From: Alphaproteobacteria bacterium | GTDB taxonomy: Bacteria > Pseudomonadota > Alphaproteobacteria > JACAEB01 | Direction: 5' to 3' | DNA: 64,000 nucleotides | Assembly: GCA_024236075.1 (NCBI GenBank) | Contig: JACKLE010000006.1 | Coordinates: forward strand, 23,908-87,907 | In this document: piece after piece, positions 8,722 through 17,885 of the stretch | Layout: each line of letters begins with the position of its first letter | How positions within the stretch are numbered: position 1 is the stretch's first letter | Program-made: the position numbers and the translations under genes | The notes under the pieces: generated by a model | Databases searched by the model: none | Told to the model about the DNA's origin: nothing | What the model saw: only the letters and a program-made list of their open reading frames with translations

Positions 8722-9240
8722 AACATTGCGCGGTGTACGCGCGCGCCGGGAGGGGATAGACCGGCGCTTCCAGACGGACACCGGATCCTGCAAGCGGGGG
8801 GGGCAACGCCGATCCGGCGTGTGGCTCCGTCTGTCTGCTTCCAGGAAATAGGCTAAGGGCGCCCGGTTTTCAATGGTTTTTTGTGGACGCTCCGGTCGCG
8901 GCGACGCGATGCAGCTATGCCTTTGCGCCCGCGCTCGTGGCGCTTGTGGCTCGTCTCACTGCCGCATCTATCCGGAATTCATGGATGCATCGATGTGACG
9001 GCATCACACGGGGAGACAAGACCCCGTCCAGATCTGTGGCAGAAAAGTCGCCAAATCCGGGGCGTCCGACAGGTCCGCCGCCTGCCCGCCGTCCCGTGGT
9101 ATCGACGCCACAGCGGGCCGGAAAGTTGCGGGACATCCGATGCGGAAAACCCGTCGGCCGCGCGCAAATACCCGCTCGGCGGGTACAAAAGCAGCCCAAA
9201 AAAAATGGTTAACAGACCGTTGACGGACGCGCCGGGGGGG

Positions 9241-10170
9241 TCAGCTCGAGGCCCGAACGGACATCGGCAGGTACGATTCGACGGGCGCGCCGCCCGCCAC
9301 GACCGCCGCCTTCAGCGTGTTCGCGAGAAGGCATGCGACCGTCATCGGCCCGACGCCCTTCGGCACGGGCGTGATCGCGCCCGCCACCTGGGCCGCCTCG
9401 TCGAAGGCGACGTCGCCGACGAGGCGCGTCTTGCCCGGCGTTTCGGACGGCACGCGGTTGATGCCGACATCGACGACCGTCGCGCCGGGCTTGATCCACG
9501 AGCCGCGCACGAAGCCGGGTCGCCCGACCGCGGCGACGAGAATATCGGCGGAGCGCGCCAGGCCTTCGAGGTCGCCGGTGCGCGAATGGGCCATCGTGAC
9601 CGTCGCGTCGCTCTGGAGGAGAAGCGCGCCGAGCGGCCGGCCGACGAGGATCGAGCGCCCGAGGACGACGGCTCTGAGGCCCGCGAGGCTTTGCCCCCGG
9701 ATGCCGGCGATGAGGATTCGGCAGCCGAGCGGCGTGCAGGGAACGAATCCCGGGCGCCCGAGGAAGAGCCGTCCGGCCGAGGCGGGCGTAAGCCCGTCGA
9801 CGTCCTTCTCCGGCGCGAGCGCATCGAGAACCCGCGCCGGGTCGATATGGGCGGGCAGGGGCATCTGCACGAGAATGCCGTGCACGGCGGGATCGGCCGA
9901 GAGGCGCGCGACCTCGCCGACGACCTCGGCCTCGCTGGCGGTCGCCGGCAGCCTCACCGCCGCCGAGGCCATGCCCGCCTCGCCGGTCTCCCGCACCTTC
10001 GAGCGCACATAGACCTCGCTCGCGGGGTCCTCGCCCACGAGGACGACCGCGAGTCCGGGAACGAGTCCCCGGTCCGCCTTCAGCCGGGCGACGCCTTCCT
10101 TGACCTCGCGGCGAAGCTCCGCCGCGACCGCCGCGCCGTCGATGAGCCGTGCCGGAGGCGTTCCGCTCAT
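9241..10170 (-). CDS. folD: Bifunctional methylenetetrahydrofolate dehydrogenase/methenyl-THF cyclohydrolase
   Basis: ORF track 9241..10170(-). ...[21 protein letters not shown]...[18 protein letters not shown]...[13 protein letters not shown]...[14 protein letters not shown]... is classic FolD. Confidence 0.95.
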   Translation of the reverse strand: MSGTPPARLIDGAAVAAELRREVKEGVARLKADRGLVPGLAVVLVGEDPASEVYVRSKVRETGEAGMASAAVRLPATASEAEVVGEVARLSADPAVHGILVQMPLPAHIDPARVLDALAPEKDVDGLTPASAGRLFLGRPGFVPCTPLGCRILIAGIRGQSLAGLRAVVLGRSILVGRPLGALLLQSDATVTMAHSRTGDLEGLARSADILVAAVGRPGFVRGSWIKPGATVVDVGINRVPSETPGKTRLVGDVAFDEAAQVAGAITPVPKGVGPMTVACLLANTLKAAVVAGGAPVESYLPMSVRASS

Positions 10171-10499
10171 GCCCTGTCCTCCTTCGCCGTCAGGATGCGG
10201 CCGAGAGCCGCTTCGAGCGCCGCGGCGTCGCCGCGCACGCGCAAGGTCTTGAGCCGGGCGCCGGCGCCCCCCGTGAGCTCGACCGCCGAGCGCGGCACCG
10301 CGAGCGCCTTCGCGACCAGGGCGACGAGCGCCGCATTGGCCTTGCCGTCCTCGGGCACGGCGCGCACGCGGGCCTTGAGATGCGCCCGGCCGTCGCTCGC
10401 GGTCTCGATTCCCTCGAGCGCGTCGCGCGAGGAGCGAGGCGTCAGCCGTATACGGACCTCGAGCCCGCCCTCGACCGCGCGGGCCGCCGCCCGGCTCAT
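10167..10499 (-). CDS. DUF167 (YggU/UPF0235) family protein
   Basis: Internal Met of track ORF 10167..10739 ([31 protein letters not shown]...[27 protein letters not shown]). ATG at 10499 overlaps the yggT stop and the gene's stop overlaps the folD start (two ATGA couplings). Confidence 0.8.
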   Translation of the reverse strand: MSRAAARAVEGGLEVRIRLTPRSSRDALEGIETASDGRAHLKARVRAVPEDGKANAALVALVAKALAVPRSAVELTGGAGARLKTLRVRGDAAALEAALGRILTAKEDRA

Positions 10500-10786
10500 T
10501 GCAGGTATTTCGCGTCCGCCCACTGGAGGGTGTACTGCAGCACGGAAATGAGGATGAGCGCGATGAGCGGCGAGAGGTCGAGCCCGCCCACGGGCGGCAC
10601 GACGCGGCGGATCGGCGCCAGAATCGGGCGCGTGATCTGGCCGAGAACGAATTGGACCCGCGCGACGAGCGGATTTCGAATATTGAGCACGTTGAAGCCG
10701 ACGAGCCAGCTCATGACGACATCGATCACGATGACCCATGTCACGATGCCGAGGACCGTGACCAAGAGATAGGTGATCGGGTTCAT
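10496..10786 (-). CDS. yggT: YggT-family membrane protein
   Basis: ORF track 10496..10786(-), 96 aa, two TM segments. The conserved yggT-yggU-folD gene order supports the call. Confidence 0.8.
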   Translation of the reverse strand: MNPITYLLVTVLGIVTWVIVIDVVMSWLVGFNVLNIRNPLVARVQFVLGQITRPILAPIRRVVPPVGGLDLSPLIALILISVLQYTLQWADAKYLQ

Positions 10787-10916
10787 ATGGATGCCTCCCG
10801 TCCGCGGAATTCAGGCGGGGCGGGCCTTCGTGAGCGGCCCCGTGCCCGGCCCGTTCAGCCTATGCCTATAAGCGTTTCGCGCCGCCTCGCAAAGACCGCA
10901 GGACCCCCGGGCGCGC

Positions 10917-10946
10917 TTGACAGCCCGGGAGGCGGGTTTCTAGATA
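10917..10946 (+). promoter_or_regulatory. Sigma70-type promoter for tRNA-Ala (TTGACA - 17 nt - CTAGAT/TAGATA)
   Basis: Consensus -35 TTGACA at 10917-10922, 17-nt spacer, -10-like hexamer at 10940-10946. The tRNA 5' end lies ~12 nt downstream. Confidence 0.5.
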
Positions 10947-10957
10947 CCGCGCACCTC

Positions 10958-11033
10958 GGGGCAGTAGCTCAGTTGGGAGAGCGCGACGTTCGCAATGTCG
11001 AGGTCAGGGGTTCGATCCCCCTCTGCTCCACCA
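10958..11033 (+). tRNA. tRNA-Ala (anticodon CGC)
   Basis: Manual cloverleaf. Acceptor GGGGCAG/CTGCTCC with the G3:U70 Ala identity pair. D-arm GCTC/GAGC, anticodon stem CGACG/TGTCG, loop TTCGCAA (CGC), T-arm AGGGG-TTCGATC-CCCCT, discriminator A, encoded CCA. 76 nt. Confidence 0.9.
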
Positions 11034-11067
11034 TCCCGATCCTTCGACCGGCGCCGGGCCTAGCCCG

Positions 11068-12942
11068 TCACGGCGCGAGCACATAGCTGCCCGGCGCGTC
11101 GGCGAGCGCGGGATAGCCGGCCGCGCCGATCGGCGGGGGCGCCACGCGAGCGCCCGAATGGCGCGCGAGCCAGTCGGCCCATTCGGGCCACCAGGAACCC
11201 TCCTTGAGGACGGCGCGCTGGAGCCAGCGGTCGGGGTCGAGATAGAGCTCGTCCTCGCTTTTGGTCAGCACGCGGAAATGGCGGCCGGGATGTCCCGGCT
11301 CGGACACGATGCCGACATTGTGGCCGCCGTTCGTGAGGAGAAACGTCACTTCCGTGTCGGCCAGGAGGTGAATCTTGAAGGCCGAGCGCCAGGGCACGAC
11401 ATGGTCCCATTCGGTGCCCACCGCGAAGACGGGCGCCGAGATGTCGGAGAGCGTGATGGGCCTGCCCGCAACCTCGTAGCGGCCTTCCGCGAGGTCGTTC
11501 TGCAGGAAGAGGCGGTGCAGATATTCGGTGTGCATGCGATAGGGCAGCCGCGTCGCGTCGGCGTTCCAGGCCATGAGGTCGCTCATGGGCCGGCGCTCGC
11601 CCATGAGGTAGTCGCGGACGATGCGCGACCAGACGAGGTCGTTCGAGCGCAGGATCTGGAAGGCCCCGGCCATCTGCTTGGTATCGAGGAAGCCCTGCTC
11701 CCACATGAGATCCTGCAGGAAGGAGAGCTGGGCCTCGTCGATGAAGAGCATGAGCTCTCCGGCTTCGGTGAAGTCGGTCTCGGAAGCGAGCAGCGTGACG
11801 GTCTTGAGCCGCTCGTCGCCGTCGCGCGCCATGGCCGAGGCGGCGATCGACAGGAGCGTGCCGCCGAGGCAGTAGCCGGCCGCATGGACCTGCGTGTCGG
11901 GCACGATCGCCCCGATCGCATCGAGAGCCGCCATGACGCCGAGCTTCAGGTAGTCCTCCATGCCCTTCTCGCGATCCTCCGGGGCCGGATTTTTCCACGA
12001 GACGATGAAGACGGTATGGCCCTTGTCGAGGAGATAGCGCACGAGCGAATTTCCCGGGCTCAGATCGAGGATGTAGTATTTCATGATCCAGGCCGGAACG
12101 ATGAGGACGGGCTCCTTCGTCACCGTGTCGGTCCTCGGCTCGTATTGGATGAGCTCGATGAGATCGTTCGCGAGGACCACCTTTCCGGGCGTGACGGCCA
12201 CCTCGTGGCCTGGCCTGTAGGCCTCGGCGCCGACCGGCGGCTTCGCCGAGATCGCCCGCTCGCGATCCTCGATGAAGTTGAGGAGGCCCTTGACGAGGTT
12301 CATGCCGCCCTGGCGCAGCGTGTGGGCGAGAAGCTCGGGATTGGTGAGCAGGAAGTTCGTCGGCGCGAACATGTCGAGGATCTGGCGCGCCGCGAAGGAC
12401 ACGGACTTTTCGTGGCGGCGCGAAACGCCGGGCACGTCCGTCGTCGCGTTGTGCCACCATTGCTGCTGCAGAAGGAAGGCCTGCCGGATCTGGGCGAACG
12501 GCACCTGCTGCCAGGCCTTCCCGTCGAAGCGACGATCCTGCGGCAGAGGCTCGATACAGGGCTCCGCTGCGCCCCCGTGCAGCGCGTACCGGGTGAGCGC
12601 GGTCGCCAAGCGCGTCGATTTCTTGACGGCCTTCTCGACGAGCTGCAGCCGCTTGCCCGGCGCCATCGCGAGATGGAGCGCCCAGTCCGAATAGGCGAGC
12701 ATCATCGCGGCGGGCGAGATGCCGCCCGTGATGCGCGCAAGCCCCGCGTGAAGCGAGCGGTCGACGATCTCCGCGATCGCCGTCGAGGCGTAGGAATCGC
12801 GCTCGAAACGCTCCCAGCGGAGATGCGCGGCGGCTTCGGCCGGACGTGCCTCGGACGCGGAGGACCGGGGCAAAGCCGCGTTCGCCGTGCCGGAACGGGA
12901 CGCGGCGGAAGCCCGGTCGGCTCGTGCTTCGGCGCTGGGCAT
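11068..12942 (-). CDS. phaC: Class I poly(3-hydroxyalkanoate) synthase
   Basis: ORF track 11068..12942(-). Lipase-box GYCLGG. ...VLIVPAWIMKYYILDL...NPAPEDRE... is typical of PhaC. Confidence 0.9.
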   Translation of the reverse strand: MPSAEARADRASAASRSGTANAALPRSSASEARPAEAAAHLRWERFERDSYASTAIAEIVDRSLHAGLARITGGISPAAMMLAYSDWALHLAMAPGKRLQLVEKAVKKSTRLATALTRYALHGGAAEPCIEPLPQDRRFDGKAWQQVPFAQIRQAFLLQQQWWHNATTDVPGVSRRHEKSVSFAARQILDMFAPTNFLLTNPELLAHTLRQGGMNLVKGLLNFIEDRERAISAKPPVGAEAYRPGHEVAVTPGKVVLANDLIELIQYEPRTDTVTKEPVLIVPAWIMKYYILDLSPGNSLVRYLLDKGHTVFIVSWKNPAPEDREKGMEDYLKLGVMAALDAIGAIVPDTQVHAAGYCLGGTLLSIAASAMARDGDERLKTVTLLASETDFTEAGELMLFIDEAQLSFLQDLMWEQGFLDTKQMAGAFQILRSNDLVWSRIVRDYLMGERRPMSDLMAWNADATRLPYRMHTEYLHRLFLQNDLAEGRYEVAGRPITLSDISAPVFAVGTEWDHVVPWRSAFKIHLLADTEVTFLLTNGGHNVGIVSEPGHPGRHFRVLTKSEDELYLDPDRWLQRAVLKEGSWWPEWADWLARHSGARVAPPPIGAAGYPALADAPGSYVLAP

Positions 12943-13167
12943 GGCATCGCTCCGGCTCGCGAGGCGGGCAACGGGATATCGTCCGCCGGCGGGGCACAGT
13001 CAATCGGCAGATCGCCGCGCCGGCGTTGACCCATCGCAAGCCGTCGCCCCGGCGCGGCGGGGCGGTCGATTGCCGGCGTCACCCTTGCAATGGCCCATGC
13101 GAGAGACCAGTTTGGTCCCGCGAGGGCGCGGCCTGCGGCTCGTGCGGAAATCGAACGGAGCAGAGTC

Positions 13168-13863
13168 ATGGCCACGACACGCCGCCCGACCATCGTCGCG
13201 ATGGCGCTCCTGTGCCTCGCCTCGCCGGCGCTCGCCGCGGACGAGGCCTCGCTCGCGCCCGTCCCCCAGGAGACCGTCTACGCCTATCGCGTGACGACGC
13301 CCGATTTCGGCGAGATCGGCCATTACGTCAACCGCATCCGCGCGGACGGCGCGCGCACGATCGTCGACACCGAGATCGCGATCAGGGTCCGCGTGCTTCT
13401 CGTCACGGCGTTCTCGCTCAAGGCCGAGCGGCGCGAGACGTGGCAGGACGGCGCGTTCGTCGGCTTCGACGGCGAGACGCTGAAGAACGGGGCCACGATC
13501 TCGCTCGACGTGCACGCGGAGGATGGCGGCCTCCTGGTCGAGGGGCCGCATGGCGAGAGGCTCGTTCCCGGAAGCGTCATGCCGCTCAATCCGTGGTCGC
13601 CCCATATTCTCGCCATGACCGAGGCCATGTCGACCGAAAGCGGCCGGGTCTACGGGGTGACGATCCGCGACGAGGGGCCCGTCGAGCTCGAGGTCGAGGG
13701 CCGCGAGATCGAGGCGCAGCACTACCTCGTCGAGGGCGACGAAGGCGCCGAGGTGTGGTTCGACGAGGCGGGCAGGCCTGTCCGGTTCGCCATCAACGAG
13801 GACGGGCGCGTGCTCACCTTCACGCTCGCCTCGTCGCTGGCCGAGCTCGCGCGAGCGGACTAG
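13168..13863 (+). CDS. Secreted hypothetical protein (signal peptide; DUF3108-like size and composition)
   Basis: Internal ATG of track ORF 13090..13863 preceded by GGAG. MATTRRPTIVAMALLCLASPALAADE is a signal peptide. Confidence 0.55.
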   Translation: MATTRRPTIVAMALLCLASPALAADEASLAPVPQETVYAYRVTTPDFGEIGHYVNRIRADGARTIVDTEIAIRVRVLLVTAFSLKAERRETWQDGAFVGFDGETLKNGATISLDVHAEDGGLLVEGPHGERLVPGSVMPLNPWSPHILAMTEAMSTESGRVYGVTIRDEGPVELEVEGREIEAQHYLVEGDEGAEVWFDEAGRPVRFAINEDGRVLTFTLASSLAELARAD

Positions 13864-14122
13864 GTCACAGACCCACTAGCCTCCACCCCGTCATCCCGGA
13901 GCCTAGGCGAGCCCGGAAATGCTCGCATTTCCGGCCTTGCGAGCCTTGGCGTCCGGGACCTGCGGCCGGGCGATGCTCCGCAAGCGGCAGATCCCGGACA
14001 GCTCAATTTGCCGGCCAAATCAAACCCCGGCTTTCGCCGGGGCATGGATTTGTGGCAAATCTTGTCCCGGCGAAGGCCGGGATGGCTTCCGGGATGACGA
14101 CGTCATGAGTCGGTGACCTAGG
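13861..14122. mobile_element. MITE-/REP-like intergenic element with imperfect terminal inverted repeats (TAGGTCAC...GTCATCCCGGA // TCCGGGATGAC...GTGACCTA) and nested perfect palindromes
   Basis: The left end starts at the stop codon of the upstream gene. The reverse complement of the right end aligns to the left end (8/8 then 11/11 identical blocks plus a shared CCGGCCTT core). Internal palindrome CCGGAAATGC-tc-GCATTTCCGG and CCCCGGC-tttc-GCCGGGG. Fills the entire convergent intergenic gap. Confidence 0.45.
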
Positions 14123-14137
14123 CCGGCCCGCGCTTCC

Positions 14138-15391
14138 TCAGGGTCCGACATACCGCACGCGGAAGACCGTCTTCGACGTGTCGTCCGCGACGAGGAGGCT
14201 TCCGTCGTCGAGCACGAGGAGGCCCGCGGGCCGCCCCCAGACAGCGGCCTTGTCCGTGCCGCCGACCCGAAAGCCCGTCGCGAAATTGTCGTACCAGCCG
14301 GCCGGCCGGCCGTTCTCGAACTTCACGCGCACCACCTTGTAGCCCGTGGGCTCGGCCGCGTTCCACGAGCCGCGCAGGCTGACGAACGCGTCGCCGCGAT
14401 ACTCCTCGGGAAAGGCCGCCTTGTCGTAGAAGACGAGGCCGATCGGCGTCGAGTGGGCCTCGAAGAGCACGTCGGGCCGCTTCGCGGCCGCCACCATCTC
14501 GGGCGCCTTGTCGCCGAAATCGGGGTCCGGATGGCCGCCGATATAGGCATAGGGCCAGCCGAAGAAGTCGCCCGGCTCGATCCTGGTCAGATAGTCGGGC
14601 ACCAGGGCGTCGCCGAGACGGTCGCGCTCGTTCACGGTGACGTAGAGATCGTCCGTCCCGGGATAGAAGGCCATGCCCACGGGATTGCGAAGGCCCGAGG
14701 CGAGCGTTTCCTGGCCGCTTCCGTCGCGCGCGAAGCGCTGCACGGTCGCACGCGGCGGCGCCTCCTCGTCGACGTTCCGCCGGCTGCCGATCGCGACATA
14801 GAAATGTCCGCCGTCCGGCGCGAAGGCGAGGGCGCGCGTCCAGTAGCCGCCGGGCGGACTCAGGGCGCCGCGCTCGGTCACGGGGGCGCGCGCGCCGCCG
14901 CGCTCGGCGCCCGCGCGATAGGGGAACCGCCACACGGCGAGCTGATCGGCGATGTAGACCGCGTCCTTCTCGACCACGATGCCGTGCGGCCGGTTGAGCC
15001 CGACGGCGAAGGTCGCCCGCGTCTCGGCGCGGCCGTCATGGTCGCCGTCGCGCAGAAGGGTCACCTTGCCCGCGTCGCTTTCGGCGAGAAGGACGTCGCC
15101 ATTGGGCGCGAGGGCCATCGCCCGCGGGTGGTCGAGATCGTCGGCGAAGACGCTCGCCACGAATCCCGCCGGAACCACGGGGACCTCGTCGGTTCCCCGA
15201 GGCACCACCTGCGGCGGATTGAAGGGCGAGGATTGCTCACGAGGCGAGGGCAGCTCGTCGGCCGAGAACGAAAAGCGCTCGCCCGGATGCTCCTCGCGCG
15301 CCGTCGCGGGACCCGCCGCCGCCAGCAGGGCGAGAGCGCCTGCGGGCCAAAGGCGCGCGGCGAGGCGTCCCAATTCGGGCCGTCGCGTCAT
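14138..15391 (-). CDS. PQQ-dependent sugar dehydrogenase (soluble aldose/sorbosone dehydrogenase family, YliI-like)
   Basis: ORF track 14138..15415(-). Start placed at MTRRPELGRLAARLWPAGALALLAAAGPATA (signal peptide). Beta-propeller motifs ...LNRPHGIVV..., ...GLRNPVGMAF..., ...GDFFGWPY... Confidence 0.8.
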   Translation of the reverse strand: MTRRPELGRLAARLWPAGALALLAAAGPATAREEHPGERFSFSADELPSPREQSSPFNPPQVVPRGTDEVPVVPAGFVASVFADDLDHPRAMALAPNGDVLLAESDAGKVTLLRDGDHDGRAETRATFAVGLNRPHGIVVEKDAVYIADQLAVWRFPYRAGAERGGARAPVTERGALSPPGGYWTRALAFAPDGGHFYVAIGSRRNVDEEAPPRATVQRFARDGSGQETLASGLRNPVGMAFYPGTDDLYVTVNERDRLGDALVPDYLTRIEPGDFFGWPYAYIGGHPDPDFGDKAPEMVAAAKRPDVLFEAHSTPIGLVFYDKAAFPEEYRGDAFVSLRGSWNAAEPTGYKVVRVKFENGRPAGWYDNFATGFRVGGTDKAAVWGRPAGLLVLDDGSLLVADDTSKTVFRVRYVGP

Positions 15392-15628
15392 GTGATGGCA
15401 CTTCCCGTCCGCCATGAGGCGAGGACCCTAGATCCGAACGGTCGGGAAGGGAATCGGCCGCGCGCGGATTGCCGCGCGAAAACGACGAAAAGGGGGGCGG
15501 CGGGTGGTCGTCTTGGGGGGTCGTCATACCCGCCGCCCACGACGGCTTTCGCCGCCGATGGACAGGTCTCGCAAGCCCTGTGCCATGGCCGGCCGGCCCC
15601 GGGGAAAAGCCTCCCTTAACGCCTTGGC

Positions 15629-16105
15629 GTGTATGGACGCGTGATGGCCCCTTCCCGCCCGGCCCTGATCGTCTGCCTCGCCGTCGCGGCCGCGCTCGCG
15701 GCCTCGGCGCCATGCCGCGCGAGCGATCACGGGTCCGGCGGGGGACATGGCAGCCCGCAGGGCTCGGGCACCGCTTCGCGCAAGCCGACCTTCTCGGACA
15801 GCTATCTCGTCATCGAGCCCTTCGTCGTTTCCGTGATCCAGAACGGGCGCGTTCAGGGCTCGCTCCTCATCGAGCTCGGGCTCGACGTCAAGGACGGCGC
15901 GCTGCGCGACAAGGCCGACCACCTGATGCCCCGGCTGCGCGACGCCTATGTCACGGCCCTGAGCCGGTTCGCCGCGACGCGAATCGAGGTCGGCGTCGCC
16001 CCCAATGTCGAGGCGCTGAGCCGGCTGCTTCAGATGCGTACGGACGAGGCGCTGGGAGCCCCCGGCGCGCAGGTGCTCCTCGCGCAGGTCGTCCTTCACC
16101 GCTAG
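15629..16105 (+). CDS. FliL-like periplasmic protein (flagellar basal-body-associated FliL family fold), orphan
   Basis: ORF track 15629..16105(+), GTG start. Signal/TM segment then SYLVIEPFVVSVIQNGRVQGSLLIELGLDVKDGALRDKADHLMPRLRDAYVTALS matches the FliL family pattern. No flagellar genes nearby. Confidence 0.5.
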   Translation: MYGRVMAPSRPALIVCLAVAAALAASAPCRASDHGSGGGHGSPQGSGTASRKPTFSDSYLVIEPFVVSVIQNGRVQGSLLIELGLDVKDGALRDKADHLMPRLRDAYVTALSRFAATRIEVGVAPNVEALSRLLQMRTDEALGAPGAQVLLAQVVLHR

Positions 16106-16112
16106 AGCCCCG

Positions 16113-17039
16113 TCAGCCGAGGCACGAGGCGAGGTTGCGCGCGATGTCGCGCATCAGCTCGCCATAGAGCTCCGGTCCCGGAACATGATCCGTCCCCAGA
16201 GGATCGAGCGTGCCCGTGCGCACCGGAAGCCCGTCGGCGAGGATCGCCACGAAGCGCGGCTCGAACTGCGGCTCGACGAAGAGGCAGACCGCGCCGCTTC
16301 GGGCGATGAGCCCGCGCAGCTCCTCCAGGCGATGCGCGCTCGGCAGGCGCGAGGGGCTCACCGTCACGGCGGCGACGACGTTGAGGTCGTAAGCCTCCTC
16401 GAAATAGCGGTAGGCGTCGTGAAATACGACGATCGGCCGATGCGCGAGGCCGGCGAGCCGCGCCTTCAGCTCTCCGTCGAGCGCAGCGAGCGCCGTCGCG
16501 AGGCGGTCCGCATTGGCGCGGTAGGCCGGGCCGTTCTCGGGGTCGAGCGCGGCGAGCCGGTCGGCGAGCGCCCGCGCGAGGAGGGCGGCATTCGCGGCGT
16601 CGAGCCAGATATGCGGATCGCTCGGCCCGTGCCCGTCGTCCTCGTGCGCCGCCTCGAACGGTCCGGGCGGCCGCGCGGGCAGGAGGCGCAGGCCGCTCGT
16701 TTCCGAGAGCGTCAGCCGGTCGCCTCTGCCGGCGAGCGCGCGCAGCGGCTTGTCGAGAAAGCGCTCGAGGCCGGGCCCCACCCAGACGACGAGATCGGCG
16801 CCCGACAGGGCCTCGGCATCGGAGGGCCGCATCTGGTAGGTATGCGGCGAGGCGCCCACCGGCAGCAGGAGGCGCGGCTCGCCGAGCCCGCGCATGACTT
16901 CGGCCGTGAGCGAATGAATGGGGGCGATGCTGGCGACGACGCGCGGCGCGGCGCCGGCCGGCGCCGCGCATGCGAGCGCCGACGCCAGCCCGAAGAGGGC
17001 CGGCCACAAGCGCGCATGGCGGTGTCGACACGGGTTCAT
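16113..17039 (-). CDS. znuA: Zinc ABC transporter periplasmic substrate-binding protein
   Basis: ORF track 16113..17039(-). Signal peptide, His/Asp/Glu-rich loop (AAHEDDGHGPSDPH), cluster-9 SBP fold. Divergent from znuCB. Confidence 0.85.
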   Translation of the reverse strand: MNPCRHRHARLWPALFGLASALACAAPAGAAPRVVASIAPIHSLTAEVMRGLGEPRLLLPVGASPHTYQMRPSDAEALSGADLVVWVGPGLERFLDKPLRALAGRGDRLTLSETSGLRLLPARPPGPFEAAHEDDGHGPSDPHIWLDAANAALLARALADRLAALDPENGPAYRANADRLATALAALDGELKARLAGLAHRPIVVFHDAYRYFEEAYDLNVVAAVTVSPSRLPSAHRLEELRGLIARSGAVCLFVEPQFEPRFVAILADGLPVRTGTLDPLGTDHVPGPELYGELMRDIARNLASCLG

Positions 17040-17064
17040 CTGGCCCTTCTCCGGATAGGCGCAG

Positions 17065-17079
17065 TGTTATATAGTAACA
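17065..17079. promoter_or_regulatory. Zur-box-like AT-rich palindrome TGTTA-TATAG-TAACA in the znuA/znuC divergent intergenic region
   Basis: The only AT-rich palindrome in the 73-bp znuA-znuC spacer. Resembles alphaproteobacterial Zur operators (GTTAT/ATAAC half-sites). Confidence 0.5.
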
Positions 17080-17112
17080 TTTTGCCGGCGCAAGGACAGA
17101 GAGCGAGGCCGA

Positions 17113-17883
17113 ATGGACGGGGGCACCAACCGGCATGCGGTTCTCATCGCCGCCCGAGGTCTCGGCGTTCGGGCCGGCGGCCACACGCTCATCGAGCGCG
17201 TCGATCTGGAGCTCGTCCGCGGCGAGATCGTGACGCTCATCGGTCCCAACGGGGCGGGCAAGTCGACCCTCGTGAAGGCGCTGCTCGGCCTCGTGCCGCC
17301 CTCGCAGGGCTCGGTGTGGCGCAAGGAGGGGCTCCGGATCGGCTACACCCCGCAAAGCGTCCGGCGCGATCCGACGCTGCCGCTGACGGTCGAGCGCGTG
17401 CTGCGGCTCGGGCGGCGCGTGGACGCGGGCGAGGTCGCGCGCGCGCTCGCCGCCGTCGAGGCTCTCGAGGTCGCGCGCGAGCCCTTTCACGCCGTCTCGG
17501 GCGGCGAGCTGCAGCGCGTGCTGCTCGCCCGGGCGCTTCTTCAGGACCCGGAGCTTCTCGTGCTCGACGAGCCGGTCGCGGGCGTCGATCTCACGGGCCA
17601 GGCGCGCCTCTACGAGCTGGTCGCGCATCTGCGCGACGAGCGCGGCTTCGGCGTGCTGCTCGTCTCGCACGATCTCCATCTCGTCATGGCCCGGGCCGAT
17701 CGCGTGATCTGCCTCAACGGCCATGTGTGCTGCACGGGCGCGGCCAAGGACGTCGTGTCCGATCCGGCCTTTGTCGAGCTTTTCGGGCCGCGCATCGCGG
17801 GCGAGCTCGCCTTCTACGTCCATGCCCACGACCACGTGCACGACGTGCACGGCCATATCCTGCCGGCCGAGGAGGACCGCTGA
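17113..17883 (+). CDS. znuC: Zinc ABC transporter ATP-binding protein
   Basis: ORF track 17113..17883(+). Walker A GPNGAGKST, signature SGGELQR, Walker B LLVLDEP. His-rich C-terminal tail (HAHDHVHDVHGH). Confidence 0.9.
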   Translation: MDGGTNRHAVLIAARGLGVRAGGHTLIERVDLELVRGEIVTLIGPNGAGKSTLVKALLGLVPPSQGSVWRKEGLRIGYTPQSVRRDPTLPLTVERVLRLGRRVDAGEVARALAAVEALEVAREPFHAVSGGELQRVLLARALLQDPELLVLDEPVAGVDLTGQARLYELVAHLRDERGFGVLLVSHDLHLVMARADRVICLNGHVCCTGAAKDVVSDPAFVELFGPRIAGELAFYVHAHDHVHDVHGHILPAEEDR

Positions 17884-17885
17884 CA

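Noticed and set aside
8881-10551. 556-aa plus-strand ORF across the folD/DUF167 region and similar long ORFs 16185..18677 (first 567 aa), 21090..22556 and 21365..24172 (first parts), 25622..28801(+), 25764..28796(-), 39133..41583(-), 57963..60383(-), 44440..45906(+), 45248..47419(+)
   Set aside because: Artefactual open frames in GC-rich DNA. In each case a different strand/frame, or only the 3' portion, encodes a protein with clear family signatures (FolD, ZnuB, EmrA, EmrB, esterase/TonB receptor, PutA, IOR, Zn-ribbon protein, crotonase/ExbD-like).
10958-11033. Integrated element/prophage at tRNA-Ala or tRNA-Thr (24259..24333)
   Set aside because: No integrase, no direct repeat of the tRNA 3' end, and ordinary chromosomal genes (phaC; cytochrome/esterase) follow immediately. 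No attachment-site signature seen.
13860-14116. Small ORFs 13860..14045(-) and 13919..14116(+) inside the convergent intergenic gap
   Set aside because: They lie wholly within the TIR-bounded palindromic element, have no RBS and have biased composition. They are interpreted as chance frames within a structured repeat.
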